In this document: positions 1 to 8,884 of the stretch, piece after piece
How positions within the stretch are numbered: the stretch's first letter is position 1
Layout of the letters: each line of letters opens with the position of its first letter
Made by a program: the position numbers and the translations under genes
Assembly: GCA_043721775.1 (NCBI GenBank)
Contig: JAYSQA010000374.1
Location: forward strand, 7,940-71,939
Length of the DNA: 64,000 nt
DNA from: Rhodobacterales bacterium
Lineage (GTDB): Bacteria > Pseudomonadota > Alphaproteobacteria > Rhodobacterales > Rhodobacteraceae
Reading direction: 5' to 3'
The notes under the pieces: generated by a model
Seen by the model: only the letters and a program-made list of their open reading frames with translations
Database searches by the model: none
What the model was told of the DNA's origin: nothing

Positions 1-37
1 AGGACCGGGCGATCTGGCACCGGTTGAACTTTCGGTC

Positions 38-1048
38 ATGACCTTGTGGCGCGCTTACCGGCTTCGGCTGCGACGGCGCGCCTTTTTGCTGCGCGCTTTG
101 CGCAAACGTCGGGACTTGCGGGTGGTGGTGGACCGGACGGGGGCGATTGGTCCGACGGCAATCCTCGCCTTCGTGACCGTGCGGAATGAGGCGCTGCGGT
201 TGCCGTATTTCTTGCAGCACTATCGCAAACTTGGGGTCGATCACTTTCTTATTGTTGATAACGCCAGCACCGACGGCACCATGGCGCTGTTGCAGGGGCA
301 GGTGGATGTGTCGGTCTGGCAAACCTCGGCAGGGTACAGGGCGTCTCGGTTCGGGTTGGACTGGCTGACGGGGCTGATGCGGCGGCATGGGGCGGGGCAT
401 TGGTGCCTGACGCTGGATGCCGACGAACTGCTGGTCTATCCGCATTGCGAAACCCGGCCCCTGCGCGCCTTGACCGAGCATTTGCAGGCCGAGGGAAGAC
501 CGTCATTCGGCGCACTGATGCTGGACCTGTACCCCAAAGGGCCTTTGGCTGCGCAAAGCTATGCAGCGGGGCAGAACCCGGTGGAGGTTCTGCCGTGGTT
601 CGATAGTGGCAATCATGTGGTGCAGGTCCAGCCCAAAATGCGCAACCTGTGGATACAGGGTGGCGTGCGTGCGCGGGTGTTCTTTGCCGGTGAACCGCGC
701 AGGGCACCGACGTTGAACAAGGTGCCGCTGGTCTATTGGCGGCGGGGCTATGCTTACGTGAATTCCACCCACGCCATTCTGCCGCAGCACCTGAACGCGG
801 TCTATGACGAGACGGGCGGCGAGGTGCTTTCCGGCATTCTGCTGCACACCAAGTTCCTGCCGCAGGTGGTTCAGAAATCGGCGGAAGAACGGCAGCGGCA
901 TCAGCATTTTGCCAACTCGGGCTTGTACGACGCTTACTATGCCGGTCTGACCGCAAGTCCGGATTTATGGTGCCCGGCGTCCTGCCACTATGACGGCTGG
1001 CGCCAGTTAGAGGCGCTGGGGCTGATGTCGCGGGGCGGATGGATGTAA
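38..1048 (+). CDS. Glycosyltransferase family 2-like protein (Glyco_tranf_2_4 type)
   Basis: 336 aa; GT-A motifs VRNE..RLPYFLQHYRKLGVDHFLIVDNASTDGT and DxD motif WCLTLDADE; Arg-rich N-terminus. Confidence 0.85.
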   Translation: MTLWRAYRLRLRRRAFLLRALRKRRDLRVVVDRTGAIGPTAILAFVTVRNEALRLPYFLQHYRKLGVDHFLIVDNASTDGTMALLQGQVDVSVWQTSAGYRASRFGLDWLTGLMRRHGAGHWCLTLDADELLVYPHCETRPLRALTEHLQAEGRPSFGALMLDLYPKGPLAAQSYAAGQNPVEVLPWFDSGNHVVQVQPKMRNLWIQGGVRARVFFAGEPRRAPTLNKVPLVYWRRGYAYVNSTHAILPQHLNAVYDETGGEVLSGILLHTKFLPQVVQKSAEERQRHQHFANSGLYDAYYAGLTASPDLWCPASCHYDGWRQLEALGLMSRGGWM

Positions 1049-1219
1049 CTGTTGCGATTTTCAGAACAATTTAGGGGAATCTGCCGCTTTCAGGCCCCAA
1101 ATAGTTCTTAAACTCTGATTGTCCTGACGGTAAGGAAAGCAGACGCATCAAGGCTTCTGCAAGCTTTGGGCGCTATGGATGGAAGGGTCTGCCATGGTGC
1201 AGGCAGGCGGAGGCGTAGG

Positions 1220-2230
1220 GTGAGCATTCGGGGGGCCATCAAGCTTAGGGCGCAGCGGAGGCGGGCGCACTGGCGCGCGTTTCGCAAGCGTCGTGAGTTG
1301 GTGGCCGTGCAAGACCGTACCTCTGGCCTGCCAGGCGATGCGATCATTCTGCTGAGCACGCTGCGTAACGAACGCATCCGCATGCCGTTCTTCCTGCGCT
1401 ATTACCGCGACCTTGGCATTGAACATTTCCTGCTTGTCGACAATGACAGCGACGATGGCAGCAGGGAGTATCTGGCCGAACAGCCCGATGTGTCACTTTG
1501 GACGGCGAAGGCCAGTTATCGGGGGTCACGCTTCGGGTTGGATTGGCTGACCTATCTTCAGCGGCGGCATTGTCATGGCCATTGGTGCCTGACGGTCGAT
1601 GTGGATGAGTTTTTCGTTTATCCGTTCTGCGAGACGCGGCCCTTGCGGGCGCTGACCGATTGGCTGGATGCGTCAGAGGTGCGGTCGTTTGCGGCGATGA
1701 TGCTGGATATGTATCCCAAAGGATCAATCCACGCGTATCCCTATCAGGAAGGTCAGAACCCGTTCGAGATTGCCCAGTGGTTTGACAGCGGCAACTATAC
1801 GATTCACCGCAATGCGGGCTACGGCAACCTGTGGATTCAGGGCGGGCCCAGGGCGCGTGTATTCTTTGGGGAAAACCCGGAAATGGCTCCGGCGTTGAAC
1901 AAGGTGCCATTGGTCAAATGGCACAAGTCTTACGCCTATGTCAGTTCAACCCATATGCTGCTGCCGCGCGGGCTTAATCTGGTGTACGATGAGGCGGGAG
2001 GAGAAAAAGCCTCGGGCTGTCTGTTGCACGCCAAGTTTCTGGATACCTTTGCCATGAAGGCGGCGGAAGAGATGGCGCGGGGCCAGCACTATGGTGCCAG
2101 TGCCGAGTACAAGGCTTATCAGGAAAGTCTGGCGAAACATCCCGACATGTGGTGCAAGTTCAGTGAGAAGTACATCAACTGGCGGCAGCTTGAAATTCTG
2201 GGGCTGATGTCGAAGGGCAATTGGGCATGA
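1220..2230 (+). CDS. Glycosyltransferase family 2-like protein, tandem paralogue of the upstream gene
   Basis: LRNERIRMPFFLRYY, VDNDSDDGS, WCLTVDVDE; shares CETRPLRALT, NLWIQGG and LNKVPLV with ORF 38-1048; GTG at 1220 chosen after a GGAGG-like RBS (ORF track starts at 1166). Confidence 0.85.
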   Translation: MSIRGAIKLRAQRRRAHWRAFRKRRELVAVQDRTSGLPGDAIILLSTLRNERIRMPFFLRYYRDLGIEHFLLVDNDSDDGSREYLAEQPDVSLWTAKASYRGSRFGLDWLTYLQRRHCHGHWCLTVDVDEFFVYPFCETRPLRALTDWLDASEVRSFAAMMLDMYPKGSIHAYPYQEGQNPFEIAQWFDSGNYTIHRNAGYGNLWIQGGPRARVFFGENPEMAPALNKVPLVKWHKSYAYVSSTHMLLPRGLNLVYDEAGGEKASGCLLHAKFLDTFAMKAAEEMARGQHYGASAEYKAYQESLAKHPDMWCKFSEKYINWRQLEILGLMSKGNWA

Positions 2231-2240
2231 GGGAGCAAGG

Positions 2241-3938
2241 GTGAGCGTCGGCTTTGTCATGCTGTGCCATACGGCCCTTGACCGTGCTGCCGAAGTGGCG
2301 CGCCATTGGGCTGAACGGGGCTGTCCGGTGGTTATTCATGTCGATGCCCGCGTGAAGCCGCGGGCCTATGACGGGTTGGTGAAGGCGCTGGCCGATCTGG
2401 GCAATGTGCGCTTCTCGGGCCGTTATGCCTGCGAGTGGGGGACTTGGGGGATTGTAGCCGCGACGCAGGAAGCCTCTTCGGTGATGCTGAAGGCGTTTCC
2501 GGCGGTGCGCCACGTGTATCTGGCGTCAGGCTCTTGCCTGCCTTTGCGCCCGGTGGAGGAGTTGGTAGCCTATCTCGACAGCCGCCCGCGCGTGGATTTC
2601 ATCGAAAGTGTGACGACGCAGGATGTCGGCTGGACGGTGGGCGGCTTGAATGTTGAACGGTTCACCCTTCGGTTTCCGTTCAGTTGGCGCAATCACCGGG
2701 CGCTGTTTGACGGTTATGTGCGGTTGCAGCGCCGGATGGGTTTTGCCCGCAAGATTCCCTCGGGTTTGGTGCCGCATCTGGGCAGCCAGTGGTGGTGCCT
2801 GACCCGAAAAACCCTGTCGGCCATACTGCAAAGCCCAGACCGTGCCGCGATTGACCGCTATTTCCGCAAGGTCTGGATTCCGGACGAAAGCTATTTTCAG
2901 ACGATGGTGCGGCAGGTGTCCGGCACTGTCGAAAGCCGGTCCCTGACGCTGTCGAAGTTTGACTATCAGGGCAAACCGCATATCTTCTATGATGACCATT
3001 TACAGCTTCTGCGGCGGTCTGATTGCTTTGTGGCGCGCAAGATGTGGCCGCAGGCGGACAAGCTTTACGACACCTTTCTGCGCGGTACGGCGGCGGGGCA
3101 AGTGGCGGCGGAACCCAACCCCGGCAAGATTGACCGGCTGTTTTCCAAGGCGGTGGAGCGGCGGACCAAGGGGCGCATCGGTCTTTACATGCAAAGCCGG
3201 TTTCCCAACAAGCAATGGGGTCATGGGCGGACGGCGGCACCCTATTCCGTGTTCGAAGGATTCTCGGAAGTGTTCGAGAATTTTGAGGCATGGTTGGGCA
3301 AGGTGTCTGGCACGCGGGCGCATGGCCATCTGTTTGCCCCCGACCGGGTAGAGTTTGCCGGGGGAGAGCGGGTGTTCAGCGGGTCTTTGTCGGACAGTGC
3401 CGCCTTGCGCGACTATGCGCCGAAGAATTTCCTGTCGAACCTGATCTGGAACACAAGGGGAGAGCGGCAGTGCTTTCAGTTCGGCCCGAATGACGTGCAG
3501 GATTGCAGCCCCACTATGGCGGGTGATCCGAATGCGCAGATCTCGGTCATCTCGGGCGCGTGGGCTATTCCGCTGTTCCATTCCAACCGGGATTTCGGCG
3601 ATATCAGGCGGGAAGCCGCGCGGTTGCAGAAGATAGAGTCCGATCATCTTGCGATTTTGCGCGCCCACACCGCCAAGGCCCGCACCCGCATCTGGACGCT
3701 GGCGGAGTTTGTGGAAAACCCGATGGAGCCGTTGCAAAGCATCGTCGATGAAATCAGCCCGCGCAGCCTTAGACGTCTGACTGAGGCGCCGACGCTGGTG
3801 GGCCTGAAAGGCTTCGGCCAATTCTTGCAGAACCTGCGCAACCAGGGCATGCAACCTGTTCTGATGGGCAATTTCCCGACGGGTGATGGGGCAATGCCAG
3901 CTGCCTTGCGCCGGGGCAGGCCCTATCTGGTGAAGTAA
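2241..3938 (+). CDS. Core-2/I-branching beta-1,6-GlcNAc transferase (GT14-like) with C-terminal sulfotransferase-like domain
   Basis: GT14-type motifs VIHVDA, CEWGTWGIVAA, LASGSCLPLRP, GSQWWCLTR, IPDESYFQT, FVARK; GTG start after GGGAG. Confidence 0.8.
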   Translation: MSVGFVMLCHTALDRAAEVARHWAERGCPVVIHVDARVKPRAYDGLVKALADLGNVRFSGRYACEWGTWGIVAATQEASSVMLKAFPAVRHVYLASGSCLPLRPVEELVAYLDSRPRVDFIESVTTQDVGWTVGGLNVERFTLRFPFSWRNHRALFDGYVRLQRRMGFARKIPSGLVPHLGSQWWCLTRKTLSAILQSPDRAAIDRYFRKVWIPDESYFQTMVRQVSGTVESRSLTLSKFDYQGKPHIFYDDHLQLLRRSDCFVARKMWPQADKLYDTFLRGTAAGQVAAEPNPGKIDRLFSKAVERRTKGRIGLYMQSRFPNKQWGHGRTAAPYSVFEGFSEVFENFEAWLGKVSGTRAHGHLFAPDRVEFAGGERVFSGSLSDSAALRDYAPKNFLSNLIWNTRGERQCFQFGPNDVQDCSPTMAGDPNAQISVISGAWAIPLFHSNRDFGDIRREAARLQKIESDHLAILRAHTAKARTRIWTLAEFVENPMEPLQSIVDEISPRSLRRLTEAPTLVGLKGFGQFLQNLRNQGMQPVLMGNFPTGDGAMPAALRRGRPYLVK

Positions 3939-3950
3939 AGGACTGATCTC

Positions 3951-5351
3951 TTGGCCAAATCCCTTTTCCAATCTTTCGTCGTCTTTGCGGAAATGCGGAC
4001 GGGGTCGAATTTTCTTGAGGCCAATCTGAACGCGATTGCCGGGGTGATGTGCCATGGCGAGGCCTTCAACCCGGCTTTCATCGGCAATGAGAAAAAGCAG
4101 GAATTGCTGGGAGTGTCGATCCATCAGCGCAACCAGAATCCGGAAAGCTTGCTGAAGGCGATGCGGAAACAGACAGAAGGGCTGTCAGGCTTTCGCTATT
4201 TCCACGACCATGACCCAAGGGTGTTCGATCTGGTGGCTGATGATCCGACGGTCGCCAAGGTGGTGCTGACGCGCAACCCATTGGAAAGCTATGTGAGCTG
4301 GAAGATCGCCAAGGAAAGCAACCAGTGGCGCACAACCTCGGCGGCCAACATCAAAACCGCGCGGCCGGAGTTTGATCTGGCGGAATTTCGCGACCGGGTC
4401 GATGAATGCCAGGCGTTTCAGGTGCGTTTGCTGAACCGGTTGCAGGTGTCGGGCCAGACTGCGTTTTACATCGACTATGACGACGTGCTGGATTTGCCGG
4501 TGATCAACGGGCTGGCGGCGTTTCTGGGGGTGGAGGGGCGGCTGGAGAAGCTGGACCTGTCCTTCAAGAAGCAGAACCCGGAACCGTTGCGGGAAAAGGT
4601 CTCCAATCCCGCTGAAATGGTGGCGGGCTTGGGGCGGATGGATTTCTTCAACATCGACCAGAGCCCCAGCTTTGAACCGCGCAGGCAGGCGGCGATCAAT
4701 GGCTATATGGCGGGGGTGACGGTGCCGTTGCTGTTTCAGCCGGTCAAAGGTTCGGTCGAGGGGCAAGTGCGGGCGTGGTTGCAGGTTTATGGCGAGGTGA
4801 TCAATGCCTTTGACCGGCAAAGCCTGAAAGGTTGGCGGCAAGACAGGCCGGGACATCGCAGCTTTACCGTGCTGCGGCATCCCCTGGCGCGGGCGCATGG
4901 TGCTTTTTGCGAGTATCTGGAAAAGGACTGGATGCCGGAACTGCGGGGCCATCTGAAGCGGGTGCACAAGGTGGAATTGCCTGCGAAGGGAACGGGCTAT
5001 GACGATGCCGCAGCACATCGGGCGGGGTTCCTGAAGTTTCTTGAGATGACAAAGCACCTGCACGCGGGCCGGACGGAACTGCGCACCCCGCCTCAATTGG
5101 CGACGCAATTGGCAACGGTGACCGGGTTTGGGCAGTTGCAGGCACCGGACCATCTGCTGCGCGAAGAGCGGTTGGCGGAGGGGCTGGCATTTGTCTGCAC
5201 CGAGGTGGGGGTGGCGATGAAGCCCTTGCCTGCGGTGGTTGAGAAGGAAGTTTTTCCCTTGGCCGAGATTTACGGGCGCGATCTGGAGGTTGCGGCGCGG
5301 GATGCTTATGGCCGAGATTATGCGGCCTTTGGTTATGGCGATTGGCAGTAG
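3951..5351 (+). CDS. NodH/Stf0-like sulfotransferase, two-domain
   Basis: PAPS-binding loop AEMRTGSNFL, HGEAFNP, LTRNPLESYVS; second half has SFTVLRHPLARA and a terminal YGRDYAAFGY typical of carbohydrate sulfotransferases; TTG start after AAGGA. Confidence 0.8.
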   Translation: MAKSLFQSFVVFAEMRTGSNFLEANLNAIAGVMCHGEAFNPAFIGNEKKQELLGVSIHQRNQNPESLLKAMRKQTEGLSGFRYFHDHDPRVFDLVADDPTVAKVVLTRNPLESYVSWKIAKESNQWRTTSAANIKTARPEFDLAEFRDRVDECQAFQVRLLNRLQVSGQTAFYIDYDDVLDLPVINGLAAFLGVEGRLEKLDLSFKKQNPEPLREKVSNPAEMVAGLGRMDFFNIDQSPSFEPRRQAAINGYMAGVTVPLLFQPVKGSVEGQVRAWLQVYGEVINAFDRQSLKGWRQDRPGHRSFTVLRHPLARAHGAFCEYLEKDWMPELRGHLKRVHKVELPAKGTGYDDAAAHRAGFLKFLEMTKHLHAGRTELRTPPQLATQLATVTGFGQLQAPDHLLREERLAEGLAFVCTEVGVAMKPLPAVVEKEVFPLAEIYGRDLEVAARDAYGRDYAAFGYGDWQ

Positions 5352-5779
5352 GCCATTAGGCGCTGCTCTCCACGCTGGACGGTTGCGCCGTGGTGGTTTT
5401 CAACCTCGATGCTGAGGGTCAGCAGGCCTTTGTCAGCAGCGGGGCGTTTGGCTTTTACCGTGATGCGGGCGCGGACACGGTCATTGGCGAAAACCGGGGC
5501 GCGGAAGGACCAATCGTAGCCCAGGCTGGCGAAGGTGTTGAAGTGTGCGGGGGCGGTGGATTTGAGGCCCTCGATCAGCGACAGGATCAAGAGGCCGTGC
5601 GCGACGCGTTGGGGGAAGCCGTGGGCTTGCGCGCCTTGGTCGGAGAGGTGGATCTCGAAGCGGTCTTGGGTCAGGGCGGCAAAGGTGTCGATGGTGGCCG
5701 CCGTAACCTCGGCCCAGTCTGTCAGGATCTGGTCGCCGGGTTGGACTTGGTCGAAGTTGTAAAGGCCGGGGGGCAGCAT
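5333..5779 (-). CDS. MaoC-family (hotdog) dehydratase
   Basis: FAALTQDRFEIH...FPQRVAHGLL, FRAPVFAND; last gene of the nag operon; overlaps the convergent sulfotransferase by 19 bp. Confidence 0.8.
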   Translation of the reverse strand: MLPPGLYNFDQVQPGDQILTDWAEVTAATIDTFAALTQDRFEIHLSDQGAQAHGFPQRVAHGLLILSLIEGLKSTAPAHFNTFASLGYDWSFRAPVFANDRVRARITVKAKRPAADKGLLTLSIEVENHHGATVQRGEQRLMAYCQSP

Positions 5780-6886
5780 TCAGGCCAGCCCGGTTTGGGC
5801 GACGGTCCAGTCTTGGTTGAGCAACAGAAGGTCGTGCAGGCTTTGGCCGATCAGGCCGGTGCGGCGACCGATGACCTTGGCGGGGATGGTGGTTGCCATG
5901 CGAAGTGCTGTGGCAGGGGCAATGTGCAGGACGTTGATCAGCCTCGCGACGCTTTGCGCCATGGTAATATGGGCACCGGCGAGGGAACCCTCGGCATTGA
6001 CCAGACGGCCATTCACCAGGCGGATTTCGTTGCCGTAAAGGGTGAAATGGTCTGACCCACCGACCGTGGACATGGAATCAGAGACGAGGAAGGTGGTGTC
6101 GGGTAGCGGTCTGGCGCGCAGGGCCAGAGCCACCATTTCGTCTGCCACATGGATGCCGTCGCAGATGATTCCGGTGTAAGCAGTGGAGTTGATGCAGGCC
6201 CCGGTGACGCCGGGGGTGCGGTTCAGCATCGGCGACATGGCGTTGTAAAGATGAGTGAAGCAGGTCGCGCCCTCTGTCAGGCAGGCGCTGACATGTTCGG
6301 CGGTGGTGTCGGAATGGCCGAGCGAGACGACGGCACCGGTTTCGGCCAAGGCAGCGATGTCGCCCGGGGAGACGCCCTCGGGGGCGACAGTGATCATCAC
6401 CGGCACGTTTGCGGCGCGAAGGCGTTGGACGACGGCAAGGGTGCGCTGGTCGAAGGGCCGGATGAAGCGGGCGGCATGGGTGCCACGGCGGGCAACGGAA
6501 AGGTGCGGGCCCTCGATATGCAGGCCAAGGATGCCGGGGATGCCGTACGCCGCAAGCGCAGCTTCGGCGGCATGGTCGAGCACCTCGGGCGCGTCGGTGA
6601 TGACCGTGGGCAGAACGGCCACGGTGCCGAAACGGCGGTGGGCGGCGGCGATGATTTGCATCGCAGCGGCGGTGGGACTGGTGTTCACAAGGGCATCGCC
6701 GCCGCCGTTGACTTGCAGGTCAAGGTAGCCTGGGGTCAGGGTGCCAGCCAAGGTTTGTAGCGCTGTTCCGGCGGGAATGGTGGTCAGAATCGCGGTGACG
6801 GTGCCGTTTTGCACGGAGACATAGCCGGTGCGCAGGGTTTGGCCGTCAAAGATCTGGTCAGGGTGCAGGTAGGTTGTCGCGGTCAT
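5780..6886 (-). CDS. nagA: N-acetylglucosamine-6-phosphate deacetylase
   Basis: PGYLDLQVNG, GLHIEGP, LGHSD, THLYNAM, CDGIHV, LVSDSM, GSLAG. Confidence 0.95.
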   Translation of the reverse strand: MTATTYLHPDQIFDGQTLRTGYVSVQNGTVTAILTTIPAGTALQTLAGTLTPGYLDLQVNGGGDALVNTSPTAAAMQIIAAAHRRFGTVAVLPTVITDAPEVLDHAAEAALAAYGIPGILGLHIEGPHLSVARRGTHAARFIRPFDQRTLAVVQRLRAANVPVMITVAPEGVSPGDIAALAETGAVVSLGHSDTTAEHVSACLTEGATCFTHLYNAMSPMLNRTPGVTGACINSTAYTGIICDGIHVADEMVALALRARPLPDTTFLVSDSMSTVGGSDHFTLYGNEIRLVNGRLVNAEGSLAGAHITMAQSVARLINVLHIAPATALRMATTIPAKVIGRRTGLIGQSLHDLLLLNQDWTVAQTGLA

Positions 6887-6960
6887 GGGGCCTCCCTTCC
6901 GCTGCAGCGCAGCTTGGCGGCTCTATCGGGGAAAGTGGGCGGGAAGGGAAGGGGCGTCAT
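6883..6960 (-). CDS. Candidate 25-aa mini-ORF bridging the ROK kinase and nagA
   Basis: MTPLPFPPTFPDRAAKLRCSGREAP; ATGA overlap with the ROK stop (6957-6960) and with the nagA start (6883-6886). Confidence 0.3.
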   Translation of the reverse strand: MTPLPFPPTFPDRAAKLRCSGREAP

Positions 6961-7880
6961 GGGGCGGCCCGTTCCAGGAAAGCGGCATAGGCGGCCCCAC
7001 GCGCGCCGGTGGTATCGCCACCCTCGGCCAGCAGAAGGGGCGGGTAGGGGTAGCCGGGCAGGGCACAGTGGGTGAGGGCATGGGTCAGGTCTGCAATCAG
7101 GCCATTCGCGCGAGACAAGCCGCCGGCGAGGACGATGCAGGCGGGGTCGACGGTAAGGGTCAGGGTATGGATCAGTTCGGCAGTCAGTTCGCACCAGATG
7201 GCCCAGCATTTGGCGATGTCAGTGTCGGTTTGGCGCAAGCTGACTATGTCTTCGGGGGGGAGGGTGCGATGGGTCAGGTGGGTGACAATGCGGGCGAGGC
7301 CGGGACCTGCGATGAGGGTCTCGGTGCAGCCAAGGCGGCCGCAGCCGCAGCGGATGATCGGCAGGTTGTGGGCTGCGATAATGGCGGCGGGCAGGGCAAA
7401 GTGGCCGAATTCACCGCCGAGGCCCGAGGGGCCTTGCAGGAGGCGGCCCTCGATGACGATGCCGCCGGCGAGGCCGGTGCCGAGGTTGAGGGACAGCGCG
7501 GTGCGGTAGCCTTTGGCGGCTCCGAATTGCGCCTCGGACAGGGTCTGGGCGCGGCAGTCGTTGATGTAGGTGATTTTGCGGCTAGAGGCGGTTTCGATGT
7601 CGGCGGGGAAGGGGTGGCCGGTCGCGGGCAGGTTGGCGGTGAGGGCTATTCCGGTGGTGGGGTTGATCAGGCCTGCGGCGGCGATGCCGATGGGAAGGTT
7701 CGGGGTATGGCTTTCGACCCAGGCTATCTGTGCAGCAAGGGCGGCGATCAGTTCGGGGTAGGTTTTGGGCGTGGCTATCCGGTTCGATGTGACCCTGTTC
7801 CAGCGGGAATCGAAAAGCTGCGCCTCGATCTTGGTGCCGCCGAGGTCGATGCCTGCTGCGATATGGGGGGCCGAAGTCAT
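6957..7880 (-). CDS. nagK: ROK-family sugar kinase (N-acetylglucosamine kinase)
   Basis: GIDLGGTKI, NDCRA, LGTGLAGG, GEFGH, CGCGRLGCTE; start at the ATGA overlap with the SIS gene. Confidence 0.85.
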   Translation of the reverse strand: MTSAPHIAAGIDLGGTKIEAQLFDSRWNRVTSNRIATPKTYPELIAALAAQIAWVESHTPNLPIGIAAAGLINPTTGIALTANLPATGHPFPADIETASSRKITYINDCRAQTLSEAQFGAAKGYRTALSLNLGTGLAGGIVIEGRLLQGPSGLGGEFGHFALPAAIIAAHNLPIIRCGCGRLGCTETLIAGPGLARIVTHLTHRTLPPEDIVSLRQTDTDIAKCWAIWCELTAELIHTLTLTVDPACIVLAGGLSRANGLIADLTHALTHCALPGYPYPPLLLAEGGDTTGARGAAYAAFLERAAP

Positions 7881-8884
7881 ATGGTTTGGGTCACTTTGGA
7901 CAGAGTCTCGGGACGGTCGGGGTCGTGGCCCAAGGTAAGGGCGGTGGCGAGGACGAGGGGGTATGTCAGGCACAGCAGCATGGCTGCGGCTGCGGCGGGG
8001 GTCAGGTCTTGCCTGCCTGTGTCAGAGGGGCGGATACGGTAGGTGGTGCCGCCAGCGGTTTTGAACCGGGCCTCGGCGGTATCGAGCGAGGCTTGGACAT
8101 CGGGTTGTTCGGTATCAAGGATCAGGATCAGCAGCGGTTTGGTGGCCAGTTGCAGGGGGCCGTGGAGGACCTCGCTGGACGAGTAGGCCTCGGCATGGAT
8201 GGCGCAGGTCTCTTTCAGTTTGAGGGCGAGTTCCTGGGCGGCGCCGTAGCCGGTGTCGCGGCCGATGACGTAGACGTGGTTGGCACGGAGGAGGGCGGAG
8301 AGGAGGGCTTTGGTTTGGGGGAGAGGTTTAAGGGGCGTGTCGAAGGCTTGGGCTGAGGTCTCGGCCCTTGTGGCGTAGGCGGGGGCGAGGTGGGACAGAA
8401 GGGCCATTCCGGCGGCGATAGAGCCTATGACGGACTTGGTGGCGGGGACGGCGAGTTCGGGGCCTGCGCCTATGGGCAGGGTCAGGTTGGCATGTTCGGA
8501 CACGGGGGAGTTGGGGGAGTTGATCAGGGCTATGACGGTGGCACCACGGGCGCGCGCACCTTGGGCGGAGAGGACGAGGTCGTTTGAGGCACCGGATTGC
8601 GAGACGACGAGGGCCAGGACACCGTCGAGGGCGACGCCTTTGCCAACCGAAAAGATGGAGGGGGGGAGGGAGGTCATTGGTAGGCCGGTTTCACGCATGA
8701 ACTCGTAGGACAGGATATTGGCGGCGGCGTCGGAAGAGCCTCTTGCGATGGTGTAGATGGCTTTGGGGGTGAGGGAGGCGATTTTAGCAGCGTCAGAGAT
8801 TGATATGGCGGTGCGGATGGTGGTGGCGAAGACCGTGGCGGCCTCGGCCATTTCGGATTTCATGTGCGCGCCGGGGGTGGTCAT
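7877..8884 (-). CDS. Double-SIS-domain glucosamine-6-phosphate deaminase (NagB-II type)
   Basis: ARGSS, SQSGAS, GPELAVPATKS, ELALKLKET, EVLHGP, PETLSKVTQT; start MTTPG at an ATGA overlap. Confidence 0.88.
   Translation of the reverse strand: MTTPGAHMKSEMAEAATVFATTIRTAISISDAAKIASLTPKAIYTIARGSSDAAANILSYEFMRETGLPMTSLPPSIFSVGKGVALDGVLALVVSQSGASNDLVLSAQGARARGATVIALINSPNSPVSEHANLTLPIGAGPELAVPATKSVIGSIAAGMALLSHLAPAYATRAETSAQAFDTPLKPLPQTKALLSALLRANHVYVIGRDTGYGAAQELALKLKETCAIHAEAYSSSEVLHGPLQLATKPLLILILDTEQPDVQASLDTAEARFKTAGGTTYRIRPSDTGRQDLTPAAAAAMLLCLTYPLVLATALTLGHDPDRPETLSKVTQTI

Noticed and set aside
1108-1122. CtrA box upstream of the second glycosyltransferase
   Set aside because: TTAA-N7-TTGT has a poor second half-site; not supportable
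3951-5351. Nod-factor biosynthesis because of the NodH-like gene next to GlcNAc genes
   Set aside because: No nodABC; the nag operon is catabolic and convergently transcribed
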